From a virus (taxonomy: Duplodnaviria > Caudoviricetes), in IMG/VR virus record IMGVR_UViG_3300022852_000008, positions 1-40,562 of that record: a DNA stretch of 40,562 bases. One strand, written 5' to 3'. Shown one piece after another: positions 26,058 through 35,646 of this stretch. Position 1 is the stretch's first letter. Each line of letters begins with the position of its first letter. The position numbers were made by a program, and so were the translations under genes. Below the pieces are notes generated by a model. It was not told the DNA's origin. It ran no database searches and saw only the letters and a list, made by a program, of their open reading frames with translations.

Positions 26058-26736
26058 CCCGTTACTGCTGACCTTTACCAAGGCCGGCCTGGCAGCGGTA
26101 CTGCGTGCGGATAACACCGGCATCGCGGCGCAGATCACCAGTGTGGTGGTAGGCACCTCGGCTTACACACCTTCTAGCAGCCAAAAGAGCCTGGTCGCCC
26201 AGGTGGCGGAATATCCAATCGCCGGCGGCGAGCGGCTGAGCGACACCATGCTGCACATCGTCGCCAATGCCGATGGCCCGCGTGCTTTCTGGATCAGGGA
26301 GCTGGGTTACAAGCTGAGCGACGGCACCCTGCTGGCTGTCTGGTCGCACCCCACCGAGGCGCTGACCTTCAAGTCGGCCAACACTGAGGTGTTGCTGGCT
26401 TACGACCTGTCGCTGGCTGCGTTGCCGGCCAATAGCGTCACGATCAATAGCAGTGAGGCCGGGCTGAGTCTGAGCTTGGCAGCGCCGCTGGCCGCCCAGG
26501 CGGCCGCGCTGATCGCGGATCAACTGAGCGGCTTAAAGCGGCAGGATCAGCTGGACCTGCATACAGAAAAGCAACGCATTGCCGACGAAACGCTGAGCAA
26601 CCTGCTGTCACGCATGTGGGCGGTCGAGAAACGCCAAGACGCGGACCGTGAGGCCTTGCTGGGCGTGGCTGTATCCAACGCGGCGGCGGTTATCGCCCTG
26701 CAAACCCTGGTTGTACAAAATATCTACGGAGCCTGA
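26050..26736 (+). CDS. Tail fibre anchor/collar protein (gpH N-terminus-like)
   Basis: T.AG, FWIRELG..LSDGTLLAV; helical C-terminus. Confidence 0.75.
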   Translation: MSDPLLLTFTKAGLAAVLRADNTGIAAQITSVVVGTSAYTPSSSQKSLVAQVAEYPIAGGERLSDTMLHIVANADGPRAFWIRELGYKLSDGTLLAVWSHPTEALTFKSANTEVLLAYDLSLAALPANSVTINSSEAGLSLSLAAPLAAQAAALIADQLSGLKRQDQLDLHTEKQRIADETLSNLLSRMWAVEKRQDADREALLGVAVSNAAAVIALQTLVVQNIYGA

Positions 26737-26742
26737 AGAGCT

Positions 26743-27513
26743 ATGAGTCTCGAATCTGATGTTGGCAATTTGGTCACACAAACCACTGCGCTCATCGACT
26801 ATTTCAAGGGGCAGAAAACGTCCATCGACAATTCGGTAAAAGCTGCCATTGCCGCTGTGCCAGATACGTCGCGCACCTGGTGGGTGGACCCGGTTGCGGG
26901 TCTTGACACCAACGACGGCAAGACGGCTTCTACGCCATTCAAGACCATCGTCAAGGCAATGGCCGCTACCCCGAACGCGGGCCAATGTACGGTTAACCTG
27001 CTCAACGACCTGACCATGGAGGTCAATACCGCGCTGACCGTGAATTACCTGGTCATTTATGGCGTGAACGCTGTGACTTCCGGTGTCACGCCAAAGCTGA
27101 AATTCAAGTACTACATCACCACTGATTCTGCGGGCGCCCCAAGCACCCAGCTTGCGGGATTCATCTACTACAGCCAGGCGTCCAACGTCGAACTGCGTAA
27201 CGTAGATATTGACCTGCCTTCGCCTGCGGGCCTCAACCCACAACCGCTTACTGGTCGTATCTGTTCGCCGTTCAAGACGAATGCCGTCTCCTTGCTGCCC
27301 CCTGCCATCGGGCTGACCATGCAAGTAGTCAAGGTCAACAAGGCCGCCGACTTCATTGGCGCCCTGATTGGCCAGGGGGCTACGGGGGTGATCTTCCAGG
27401 CGATCAGCTGCACTTTCCCCAGTGACATGCCGGGCAAGTACATCAGCACCGTGCCCGCCGGAACTGACCTCAAAGGGCTTACCAACGTTATGACCAACCT
27501 CGCAGCACTTTAA
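26743..27513 (+). CDS. Putative receptor-binding/tail fibre protein
   Basis: N-terminal helix; WVDPVAGLDTNDG...PFKTI motif; beta-rich remainder. Confidence 0.65.
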   Translation: MSLESDVGNLVTQTTALIDYFKGQKTSIDNSVKAAIAAVPDTSRTWWVDPVAGLDTNDGKTASTPFKTIVKAMAATPNAGQCTVNLLNDLTMEVNTALTVNYLVIYGVNAVTSGVTPKLKFKYYITTDSAGAPSTQLAGFIYYSQASNVELRNVDIDLPSPAGLNPQPLTGRICSPFKTNAVSLLPPAIGLTMQVVKVNKAADFIGALIGQGATGVIFQAISCTFPSDMPGKYISTVPAGTDLKGLTNVMTNLAAL

Positions 27514-27522
27514 GGAGCACCC

Positions 27523-27987
27523 ATGCAGACTTCTAACTTGAGCGTGACCTATGGCGCGAGCACCTATGCCGGCTTTGAATTTGCCGACCTGCCGCTGGGC
27601 GCCGCTTTGCTCGCTGCCGCCATGCAGGTCGAGCAAGCGGCTGACCAAGCCCGCCGTACCGTCCTGGGCGATTCGCTGCGCGCGGTGGAATATCAACTGA
27701 CTGCTGCTGAGGCCGAAGCCTTCGCTGCTGCCAACCATGAGGGGGCCGTGCCGCCGACCGTGCAGGCCTGGATGGATGCCGTGGGCAAAGATGCGGTAGC
27801 GGCTACCGCCGACATTCTCGCCGAGGCGGCCGCCTGGAAAGGTGCGCTGTATGGAATTCGCGCGGCGCGTCTTAAGGGCAAGTATGCGGTGGCACAGGCG
27901 TCTACCCATGCCGAGGCACAGGTAATCGCCGATCAGGCCATTGCTGGCATCCATGCCAGTGTCCAGGGCGTCGGCAACGCCGCTTAA
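27523..27987 (+). CDS. Tail fibre assembly/accessory protein
   Basis: ADQAR...LRAVEYQ..EA.AF...IRAARLKGK; follows the fibre gene. Confidence 0.65.
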   Translation: MQTSNLSVTYGASTYAGFEFADLPLGAALLAAAMQVEQAADQARRTVLGDSLRAVEYQLTAAEAEAFAAANHEGAVPPTVQAWMDAVGKDAVAATADILAEAAAWKGALYGIRAARLKGKYAVAQASTHAEAQVIADQAIAGIHASVQGVGNAA

Positions 27988-28015
27988 CCCTAACTGCTAC
28001 ACCATCAACCCCAAG

Positions 28016-28037
28016 GGCCGCTAAGCGGCTTTTTTTG
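28016..28037 (+). terminator. Intrinsic terminator
   Basis: GCCGC-TAA-GCGGC followed by T-run. Confidence 0.65.
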
Positions 28038-28053
28038 TGCCTGGAGGGCACAC

Positions 28054-28365
28054 ATGAATCGAACCCACCTTGAGCACGTCGTTGCGGCGCTGCTGATCAT
28101 GGTCGCCGCGTGGGGCCTGCTGGCCCTGCTGGGCATCCCGGCTGGCCACTGGGCCGGCGCCTTCGCCGGCGTGTTCTTCTTCGTCGGTCGCGAGTACACC
28201 CAGGGCGAGCGCAACCTTGCGCACGTCGAGTCGGTGCACCTGACCCACCTGCGCTGGTACGACGGCCTGCGCTTCTGGCGATGGACGCTAGAGGGGCGGC
28301 TTGACCTGCTGCTGCCCCTGGTCGTGTGCCTGGTCGCGGCGCTGCTGGTGCAGCTGCTGCTCTGA
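28054..28365 (+). CDS. Small membrane protein
   Basis: GGAGG RBS; three hydrophobic segments. Confidence 0.7.
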   Translation: MNRTHLEHVVAALLIMVAAWGLLALLGIPAGHWAGAFAGVFFFVGREYTQGERNLAHVESVHLTHLRWYDGLRFWRWTLEGRLDLLLPLVVCLVAALLVQLLL

Positions 28366-28455
28366 CCTCGATCCCTGCAGCCCCGCCTGGCGGGGTACAC
28401 CCCATTCAATCCTGAGCCGCGCATGTCGCGGCTCTGTGCTTTCTGGAGCTTTCCC

Positions 28456-29628
28456 ATGGCTGGATTCTTTCACGGCGTTACCGTAACGAACGTCGACACC
28501 GGCGCGCGCAGCATTGCGTTGCCGTCGTCCTCGATCATTGGCTTGGTCGATACCTTCACCGAGGGCGCGCCGGCAACGGCCAAGTACAACGACCTGGTAC
28601 TGATCACCAACGAGCGCGAGGCGGTGGCCGCCTTCGGTGCCGGCGCGGCGATCACCAAGGCCTGCCAGGCCGTCTTCACCCGCGCCAAGGCGGTCATTGT
28701 TGCCTGCGGCGTGGCCAAGGCGGCGGACGCGGCCGCGCAGACCACTTCGATCATCGGCGGCGCGCTGGCCAACGGCAAGCGCACCGGCCTGCAGGCGCTG
28801 CTCGATGGCAAAAGCCGGTTCAACGCGCAGCCGCGCCTGTTGATCGCGCCCAAGCACACCTCCACCCAGGCGGTCGCTGCTGCTGCCATCGCCCTGGCCG
28901 ACAAGCTGCGCGCTATCGCCATCATCGACGGCCCCAACACCACCGACGACGCGGCGGTGCTGTACGCCAAGAACTTCGGCGCGAAACGCGCATTTCTGGT
29001 CGACCCCGGCGTGCAGTATTGGGACGCCACCAGCGGCGCCGGCGCGACGGTGGACGCGCCAGCGTCGGCCTGGGTGGCCGGCCTGTTCGCCTGGACCGAT
29101 AGCGAATACGGTTTTTGGGCCTCGCCGTCGAACAAGGAATTTGCGGGCATCACTGGCACCACCCGCGCGGTGGAGTTTTTGGACGGCGACGAGTCGTGCC
29201 GGGCCAACCTGCTGAACAACGCCAACATCGCCACCATCATTCGCGATGACGGCTACCGGCTGTGGGGCAACCGCACCCTGTCGACCGATGCGAAATGGGC
29301 GTTCGTCACCCGTGTGCGGACGATGGATATCGTCATGGACGCGATCTTGTACGGCCACAAGTGGGCGGTCGACCGCTCAATCACTGCGACCTATGTCAAG
29401 GACGTGACCGAGGGCCTGCAGGCGTTCATGCGCGACCTCAAGAACCAAGGCGCAATCATCAACTACGAGGTGTACGCCGATCCCGTGCTCAACACGTCCA
29501 GCCAGCTGGAGCAGGGCAAGGTGTATTGGAACATCCGCTTCACCGACGTGCCGCCGGCTGAAAACCCCAATTTCCGCGTTGAGGTCACCAATCAATGGCT
29601 GACCGAAGTCCTCGACACCGCCGCATAA
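28456..29628 (+). CDS. Tail sheath protein (P2 FI family)
   Basis: FFHGV, RTGLQALL, WASPSN, LWGNRT, FVTRVRT. Confidence 0.95.
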   Translation: MAGFFHGVTVTNVDTGARSIALPSSSIIGLVDTFTEGAPATAKYNDLVLITNEREAVAAFGAGAAITKACQAVFTRAKAVIVACGVAKAADAAAQTTSIIGGALANGKRTGLQALLDGKSRFNAQPRLLIAPKHTSTQAVAAAAIALADKLRAIAIIDGPNTTDDAAVLYAKNFGAKRAFLVDPGVQYWDATSGAGATVDAPASAWVAGLFAWTDSEYGFWASPSNKEFAGITGTTRAVEFLDGDESCRANLLNNANIATIIRDDGYRLWGNRTLSTDAKWAFVTRVRTMDIVMDAILYGHKWAVDRSITATYVKDVTEGLQAFMRDLKNQGAIINYEVYADPVLNTSSQLEQGKVYWNIRFTDVPPAENPNFRVEVTNQWLTEVLDTAA

Positions 29629-29640
29629 GGAGCGCACCTC

Positions 29641-30150
29641 ATGGCAATGATTCCCGAGACCCTGGCCAACCTGAACCTGTTCGTCGATGGCGTCAGTTTC
29701 CAGGGTGATGTCCCCAGCCTGACGCTGCCGAAACTGACCATCAAAACCGAGGAACACCGTGCCGGTGGCATGGATGTCCCGGTGGAGCTGGACATGGGCA
29801 TGGAGAAGCAGGAAGCGGCCTTTACCACCAACGGCGTGCGCCGTGAGTCGCTGAAGTTCTTCGGCCTGGCCGACGGTACCGCTTTCAACGGCACGTTCCG
29901 TGGTGCCTTCCAAGGCTTGAAGGGTGTGATCAAGCCCGTTGTCGTAACCCTACGCGGGCGGCTGAAGGAGGTCGACCTGGGTGACTGGAAGCCCGGCGAC
30001 AAGGCCGAGATCAAGCACTCCGTTGCCGTTACCTATTACAAGCTCGAGATCGACGGCCGCCTGGTCTATGAGATCGACCCGCTCGGTATGAAGCGCGTGA
30101 TCGATGGCGTCGACCAGCTCGCCGCCCAGCGCACCGCCCTCGGTCTCTAA
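29641..30150 (+). CDS. Tail tube protein (P2 FII family)
   Basis: NLFVDG, LPKL, RAGGMD, YYKL, EIDP. Confidence 0.93.
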   Translation: MAMIPETLANLNLFVDGVSFQGDVPSLTLPKLTIKTEEHRAGGMDVPVELDMGMEKQEAAFTTNGVRRESLKFFGLADGTAFNGTFRGAFQGLKGVIKPVVVTLRGRLKEVDLGDWKPGDKAEIKHSVAVTYYKLEIDGRLVYEIDPLGMKRVIDGVDQLAAQRTALGL

Positions 30151-30180
30151 TCCATCATTCGAACAGAAGGACACAATACT

Positions 30181-30477
30181 ATGAGCAAGCCCCTGCCGAA
30201 TTACCTGCTGATCACTGACGACGGCGTCACCGTGACCCTGAGTAAACCGAGCGAGCTGAACGGTATAAAGGTCGACCGCATCACTCTGCGGGCTCCAACC
30301 GTCCGCGACATCCGTAGCGCCCAGGCCACTGGCGGTACCGACGACGAGCAGCGCGAGCTGAACCTGTTCGCCTCGCTGGCCGAGGTCGGTATCAAGGATC
30401 TGGAGGGCTTTGCCCTCAAGGACTACAGCCGGCTGCAGGCCGGATACTTTCGCCTGGTCAGCGAAGACGACGTTTGA
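30181..30477 (+). CDS. Tail assembly chaperone (gpE-like)
   Basis: LRAPTVRD, LKDYSRLQ; lies between tube and tape measure genes. Confidence 0.88.
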   Translation: MSKPLPNYLLITDDGVTVTLSKPSELNGIKVDRITLRAPTVRDIRSAQATGGTDDEQRELNLFASLAEVGIKDLEGFALKDYSRLQAGYFRLVSEDDV

Positions 30478-30589
30478 CCCCAAGGTGCAGAAGCAGCTGG
30501 CCAAGCGGCTGGCTGCTGAACTGGGTTTCTCGGCTACCGAGATACAGGACATGCCTTTCGCGGATATGTGCTGGTGGCTCACGGATTGA
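30473..30589 (+). CDS. gpE'-like extension in the +1 frame (not in the ORF track)
   Basis: FDPKVQKQLAKRLAAELGFSATEIQDMPFADMCWWLTD-stop fills the gap before the tape measure gene. Confidence 0.65.
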   Translation, partial: FDPKVQKQLAKRLAAELGFSATEIQDMPFADMCWWLTD

Positions 30590-30607
30590 GCCTATGGGGG
30601 GTAACTG

Positions 30608-33454
30608 ATGGCAAGAATGCAATTAGCGCTGGTAATCGGCGGCGCCGTCGCAGCTTCGGTCGGCGCCGCATTCAAGACGGTCGAAGGCCGCATCCAGAAG
30701 CTCGAGGAAAAAGGCAACAAGGCCAAGGTGCTCAAGGCCACCATTGGCGAGACCATGAAGCTGCAGGCCGAGTGGAAGAAAGCGCATGACACGGGCGTGG
30801 CCGGCGCCGACAAGTTGCTGCGCAAGCTCAATGGCAATCTTGAGTCGCTCAGAAAGCAGGGAGTCGAAGTCGGCCGGTTGACCAAGGAGTACCAGCGCCT
30901 CGGCCGTGAGGAGAAGGCCGCCTCACTCCAGTTCAAGGGGCACCAGGAGATCCAACAGGGCAAGTCTGGGCTCAAGACCAGCGTTGGCGCCGCTGCCGTG
31001 GGCATGGGCCTGACCGCGATCCCGACCAAGATCAGTGCGGATTACCAGGCGATCATCCGCGACATCGCGATCAAGGCAGATGCTGTCAACAAGCCTGAGG
31101 AAGTGCAGCTTGGCCGCACTGTGATCCAGACGTCTAAGGACGCCGGCATGGAGCGCAACGCCGTAGCTGATCTAATCAATCAGCTGGTCGGCGCCGGCAT
31201 GGAGCTGGACAAGAGCATGGCCTATACGCCGGTGGCGGCCAAGTTCGCGGTCGGCCAAGGCGCCTCGGGCGTCGACACAGCCAGCATGATCATGGCGCTG
31301 CAGCAGAACGCCAAGATCACCGATCCCAGGGTGATGCAGCAGGCGCTGGAGGCCATCGCCTACCAAGGCCAGGCGGGGAGCTTCGAGGCCAGCGACATGG
31401 CCAAGTGGTTCCCGCAGCTGCTCGCTGGCATGGAGAAGAACGGCATCACCGGCCTGGATGCGGTGACGTCCCTGGGCGCCATGCTACAGGTGCAGATGAA
31501 GACCGCCGGCAGCTCGGACGAAGCGGCGAACAACCTCAAGAACTGGATGGAGAAGATCGGCGCCGGTGACGTGGTCAAGGCGTACAAGGATGTCGGCATC
31601 GACTACCAGGCCTCCCTGAACACTGGCGTGCAGAAAGGGATGAACGTTATTGAGTCGTCGATGGCTCTGGCGATGAAGTACGTGGAAGCGACCGACCCCG
31701 CCAAGGCCAAGAAGATCAAGGATGCTCAGGCCGGCATCGATAAGGAAGTCGACCCGGAGAAGGCCAAGGCTGCGCTGGAAGCGCTGGAGAAGACGCTGCG
31801 TACCGGTGATCTCTTCGCCGACATGCAGGTCAAGGCGGCGCTGACGGCCTACGCGCAGAATCGGGGGCTTTACGCTGAACTGAAGGCCGACTCGCAGAAT
31901 GCCACCGGCATTCTCGACAAGAACCTGGCAGAGCGACGGGAAACGTCGTCCCAGCGCTGGGCAGAGCTCGGCCAGGCCTGGAACGACTCCATGCGCAGTA
32001 TCGGTGATGCGATACGGCCAGCCACAGATGCCGTGGCGCAGGGGCTGATAGCGGTACTGGGCGGCATGACCAAGCTGTCGGACAAGCTGCCCGCCGTGGT
32101 GCTGGGGATCGCTGGGCTGACATCGGCGGTCATCGCGCTGATGACGGCCCGCAGCGCAGCGAAGGTTGCGCGAGGCGTTTCCAACGTTGCCCGTGGTAGA
32201 GCCTGGGGGCGACGGCGCAGCGGCGGCGCAGAATCGGCGCCGGACGCAGTACCAATGCCCGTGACTGGCAATCCAGTGGTCGATGCCGGTCTAGGGGCGT
32301 TGGGCAAGGTGCTCGGTGCTCGCGCAAGCAATGACCCCTCTGGTCCAGCTGGCGGCGAGCCGCTGCGGGTCTTTGTGGTGAACACTGATGCGTTTGGTCG
32401 CATGGGGTCCACTGTCGCGAATTCATCACGGGCTGAACCTGGTAGCCGGCGTGCCCGCCGTAGGCGCCGCCGGCAAGCGGCTTCACTGTCGCCGTCACGC
32501 CCAGCGCCCAGCGTGCCAGCGTTGCCGGCGGTGAAGCGTCCACCAGTAACTGTGCCGGCCGTCCTCGTTCCCACGTTGGTCGGCGCCGCAGATGCAGCGG
32601 GCGAGGCGACACGCCTCGGACGTATGGTGCGCAGTGTGCGAGGCGTGACCCAGGTAATGGGCAGGCTCCCCGGCGGCAAGCTGGTGGACGCAGTGCCGTC
32701 GGTGCTGGACACGGCGCTGAACGCCGAGACCCGAGACGAGAAGGCTGAGGGCTACGGTGGCGCCGCTGGCGGTGTGGCAGGTGCCTGGGCCGGTGCAGCC
32801 GCTGGTGCTGCAATTGGCTCAGTGGTCCCGGTTATCGGGACGGCCATCGGTGGTGCCATCGGTATGGCGCTGGGCGGCCTTGGTGGTGATGCGCTGGGTG
32901 GTTGGTTGGGCAAGAAGCTGTTCGGCGAGGAAAAAGCGCCAGAGGTTGCAGACATGCAGCCGGAGGCCAAGGAGACGCCCAAGGCTGAAAGGCCCGCCAT
33001 TGGCGCAGCGGTGGTCGCTAAGGCCCCGGCAGTGGCTGAGGCAGATAAGCCTGATGCTATCTCGGTGACCACGAAGGGGCCCAAGGCTGAGCCGCCTACC
33101 ATCGGCGCTGCAGTGGCGGCTACGGCTCCGGCAGTACCCGAAGCAGTCAAGCTGGATACTGCCCCGCACACCGCGCCTGGCGCGGTAGTGCGCGAGCTGG
33201 TCAAGACCGCACCGCCACCGCCTCCGCTGCAGGAGGTGGCCAAGGCTGCGGCGCCTTCGAAGCCAACAGCGAAGGTTGATCAGGCTTTCAACTATTCGCC
33301 CAGTAGTTCGATTGTGGTGCATGGCGATGTGAAGGATCCCGCGCAGTTAGCCCGTGAGCTGGAGCCGTACAACCGGCAGCAGTTCGAGCAGTTCATGCGC
33401 GAAGTGTCCGGGCGCCAAGCCACGAAGCTGCTCTATGACGACCCACACTTGTAA
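30608..33454 (+). CDS. Tail tape measure protein
   Basis: 948 aa, Ala/Gly-rich and helical; GQAGSFEASDMA, EAANNLKN; position. Confidence 0.9.
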   Translation: MARMQLALVIGGAVAASVGAAFKTVEGRIQKLEEKGNKAKVLKATIGETMKLQAEWKKAHDTGVAGADKLLRKLNGNLESLRKQGVEVGRLTKEYQRLGREEKAASLQFKGHQEIQQGKSGLKTSVGAAAVGMGLTAIPTKISADYQAIIRDIAIKADAVNKPEEVQLGRTVIQTSKDAGMERNAVADLINQLVGAGMELDKSMAYTPVAAKFAVGQGASGVDTASMIMALQQNAKITDPRVMQQALEAIAYQGQAGSFEASDMAKWFPQLLAGMEKNGITGLDAVTSLGAMLQVQMKTAGSSDEAANNLKNWMEKIGAGDVVKAYKDVGIDYQASLNTGVQKGMNVIESSMALAMKYVEATDPAKAKKIKDAQAGIDKEVDPEKAKAALEALEKTLRTGDLFADMQVKAALTAYAQNRGLYAELKADSQNATGILDKNLAERRETSSQRWAELGQAWNDSMRSIGDAIRPATDAVAQGLIAVLGGMTKLSDKLPAVVLGIAGLTSAVIALMTARSAAKVARGVSNVARGRAWGRRRSGGAESAPDAVPMPVTGNPVVDAGLGALGKVLGARASNDPSGPAGGEPLRVFVVNTDAFGRMGSTVANSSRAEPGSRRARRRRRRQAASLSPSRPAPSVPALPAVKRPPVTVPAVLVPTLVGAADAAGEATRLGRMVRSVRGVTQVMGRLPGGKLVDAVPSVLDTALNAETRDEKAEGYGGAAGGVAGAWAGAAAGAAIGSVVPVIGTAIGGAIGMALGGLGGDALGGWLGKKLFGEEKAPEVADMQPEAKETPKAERPAIGAAVVAKAPAVAEADKPDAISVTTKGPKAEPPTIGAAVAATAPAVPEAVKLDTAPHTAPGAVVRELVKTAPPPPPLQEVAKAAAPSKPTAKVDQAFNYSPSSSIVVHGDVKDPAQLARELEPYNRQQFEQFMREVSGRQATKLLYDDPHL

Positions 33455-33463
33455 GGAGGGCTG

Positions 33464-34309
33464 ATGGCTTACATGGAACAATTGCAATCGGCCCTCAAGT
33501 GGCTGGTCGCTGCCGGCGAGGAGGGAAGGGTGAGCCTGGATGGCATGCTGGGACCGCTTACCGGCGCAATCAGTGATATCACTGGGGCTGCCGGCGAGCT
33601 GGAGAACATTCCCATAGTCGGCCCGGCCGTTGGCGAGAAACTGGGGAGAGTGATGCGTGGAATCAGCGTTGCCCAGTCCCAGGTCGGCCAGGTGGCTTCC
33701 ACCTATGGGCGCACCGTTTCTGCGGCCACTCAGGTGCAGGAACGTCTCGGCACATTCACGGAGCAGGCGGCTAAGGTCACCTCAGAGGTCAGCCGGGTGG
33801 CGGGCAATGTCAGCCCGTCGCTGGCCAACATTCTGCCCACCGGTGGCTCCGGGTCATTGGCCACACCGTTGGCCAGCGCGGTGAAACCGTACCCGCACCT
33901 GCTGATCATCCAGCCGCTGCGCCCAAATGCTCAGCCGTACTATTTCAACTTGGACACCGCCGCGTTCGACGAGCTGACCCGCAAGACTTCAGTGAAGTGG
34001 GCGGCGCAGGAGCGACTGCGTCGGCCAACAGCTCAGCAGGCCGTGGGCTTGGGTGATGAAAAGATGACTCTCAAGGGGGCGATCTTCCCTGGCTTCAAGG
34101 GTGGGATCGGGCAGCTGGATATCTTGCGCGGCATCGCCCGGGCGATGGAACCGGTCAACCTGACCACGGGATATGGCCAGGTGCTGGGCAACTGGTGTTT
34201 GGAGAGCGTCAACGAGGAACAGAGCGCCCTGTTGGCTGGCGGTATCCCTCGGAAACAGGCCTTCACGTTGGAGTTTGTGAGCTATGGCGACGACATGCAG
34301 AACATCTGA
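33464..34309 (+). CDS. Tail protein, P2 gpU family (C-terminal domain)
   Basis: W..QERL, Q.VG.G, TGYG..LG.W, F.LEF. Confidence 0.85.
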   Translation: MAYMEQLQSALKWLVAAGEEGRVSLDGMLGPLTGAISDITGAAGELENIPIVGPAVGEKLGRVMRGISVAQSQVGQVASTYGRTVSAATQVQERLGTFTEQAAKVTSEVSRVAGNVSPSLANILPTGGSGSLATPLASAVKPYPHLLIIQPLRPNAQPYYFNLDTAAFDELTRKTSVKWAAQERLRRPTAQQAVGLGDEKMTLKGAIFPGFKGGIGQLDILRGIARAMEPVNLTTGYGQVLGNWCLESVNEEQSALLAGGIPRKQAFTLEFVSYGDDMQNI

Positions 34310-34490
34310 GGGCGATCTGTTGGACGTCATTTGCCAGCAGCATTACGGGCACCTCAACGGCGCGGTAGAGGCGGTGCTCGAGGAGAACCCGGACTTGGCC
34401 AGGGAGGCGCAGCCATACCGCGCCGGCCTGATCATCCGCCTGCCTGTGCTGTTGGCACAAGAAGTCGAGGAAGTAACGTTCTGGGACTGA
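34284..34490 (+). CDS. Tail protein X (LysM-like)
   Basis: GDLLDVIC..HYG, VL..NP.L, WD end. Confidence 0.9.
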   Translation: MATTCRTSEGDLLDVICQQHYGHLNGAVEAVLEENPDLAREAQPYRAGLIIRLPVLLAQEVEEVTFWD

Positions 34491-34568
34491 TCAAAAGGCG
34501 CCGGCAACCGTCCGGCAAAGGCATAACGGACCCCGCCCTGAGCGGGGTTCATCGTTTCTGGAGGGACC

Positions 34569-35621
34569 ATGAAGCCTGCGTTTCAAATTGTCGCGGACGG
34601 CAAGGACATTACCGCGTTGATCAATGATCGGCTGATGCTGCTGCGCACTTCCGACAAGCCCGGCATGGAGTCGGACGAGTTTGAGCTGCGTATCGATGAT
34701 CGCGCCCAGGCTGTCACGCTGCCCAGCCGTGGCGCCAAGATTGAGGTTCTGCTGGGTTATGCGGGCAATCCCTTGAAGCGTATCGGCAGTTATACGGTCG
34801 ATGAGATCGAGGTCACTGGGCCACCCGACACAATCACTCTGCGCGGCAAGGCCAGCGACATGCGGGGCAGTGGCAAGACCACGCGCAGCGGTAGCTGGGA
34901 GGGCAAATCGCTCGCGCAGATCGTCGCCGACGTGGCGGGTCGTAACGGCTGGGAGCCAGGGTGCCAGGTTGAAACCAAGGTGCCGCGTGTCGACCAGCGT
35001 AATGAGTCGGACTTCAACTTCATTACGCGGCTCGCCAAGCAGTACGACTGCACGGCCAAAGTGGCTAACGGAAAGCTGATGGTTATGCCACGCCAAGGTG
35101 GCCAAAGCGCGAGCGGCAAGGATTTGGGCGTGGTCACGCTCAACCGTACCGACGCCGTCCGCTATTCGTTCCGCCTTGGCGACCGCACCACGCAGAAGGC
35201 TGTGAAGACGCAGCACCAGGACAAAAAGTCCGGTGTGCTCAAGGTGGTGGAACTGGAAAACGGCGAGGCCCCTGAGGGGCTGCCGGCGGTGCACACCGAC
35301 CGTCACATCTATCCAGATGAATCTGCAGCCAAGCAGGCGGCCAGGGCGCGGCTGGCTGCGTTCAACCGCAGCACTGCCGGCGTACGGCTTGAAATGCCGG
35401 GGCGCACTGATCTTTTTGCTGAGCGGTCCATCAATGCCCAAGGCTTCAAAGTAGGGCTGGACGGCGAGTACCTGGTCGACAGCGTAGAGCAGGTCTTCAC
35501 GCAGAGCGGGTGGACCACGACGGTGGAGTGCAACGGCGGCCAGAAGGGCAAGGCGAAGGCCAAGGGCAAAAAGAAGAAAGCGGACAAACCAATGCGCACG
35601 GTTGATGTGGGGCCGGCGTAA
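34569..35621 (+). CDS. Late control D / baseplate hub protein
   Basis: G.DIT, SDEF...DD, DQ.NESD..F..RLA. Confidence 0.9.
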   Translation: MKPAFQIVADGKDITALINDRLMLLRTSDKPGMESDEFELRIDDRAQAVTLPSRGAKIEVLLGYAGNPLKRIGSYTVDEIEVTGPPDTITLRGKASDMRGSGKTTRSGSWEGKSLAQIVADVAGRNGWEPGCQVETKVPRVDQRNESDFNFITRLAKQYDCTAKVANGKLMVMPRQGGQSASGKDLGVVTLNRTDAVRYSFRLGDRTTQKAVKTQHQDKKSGVLKVVELENGEAPEGLPAVHTDRHIYPDESAAKQAARARLAAFNRSTAGVRLEMPGRTDLFAERSINAQGFKVGLDGEYLVDSVEQVFTQSGWTTTVECNGGQKGKAKAKGKKKKADKPMRTVDVGPA

Positions 35622-35646
35622 TCGACTATTTGCAGGAGAAAGAACG

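Noticed and set aside
26050-27987. Diversity-generating retroelement or invertible tail-fibre switch
   Set aside because: No reverse transcriptase, invertase, TR/VR pair or flanking inverted repeats seen.
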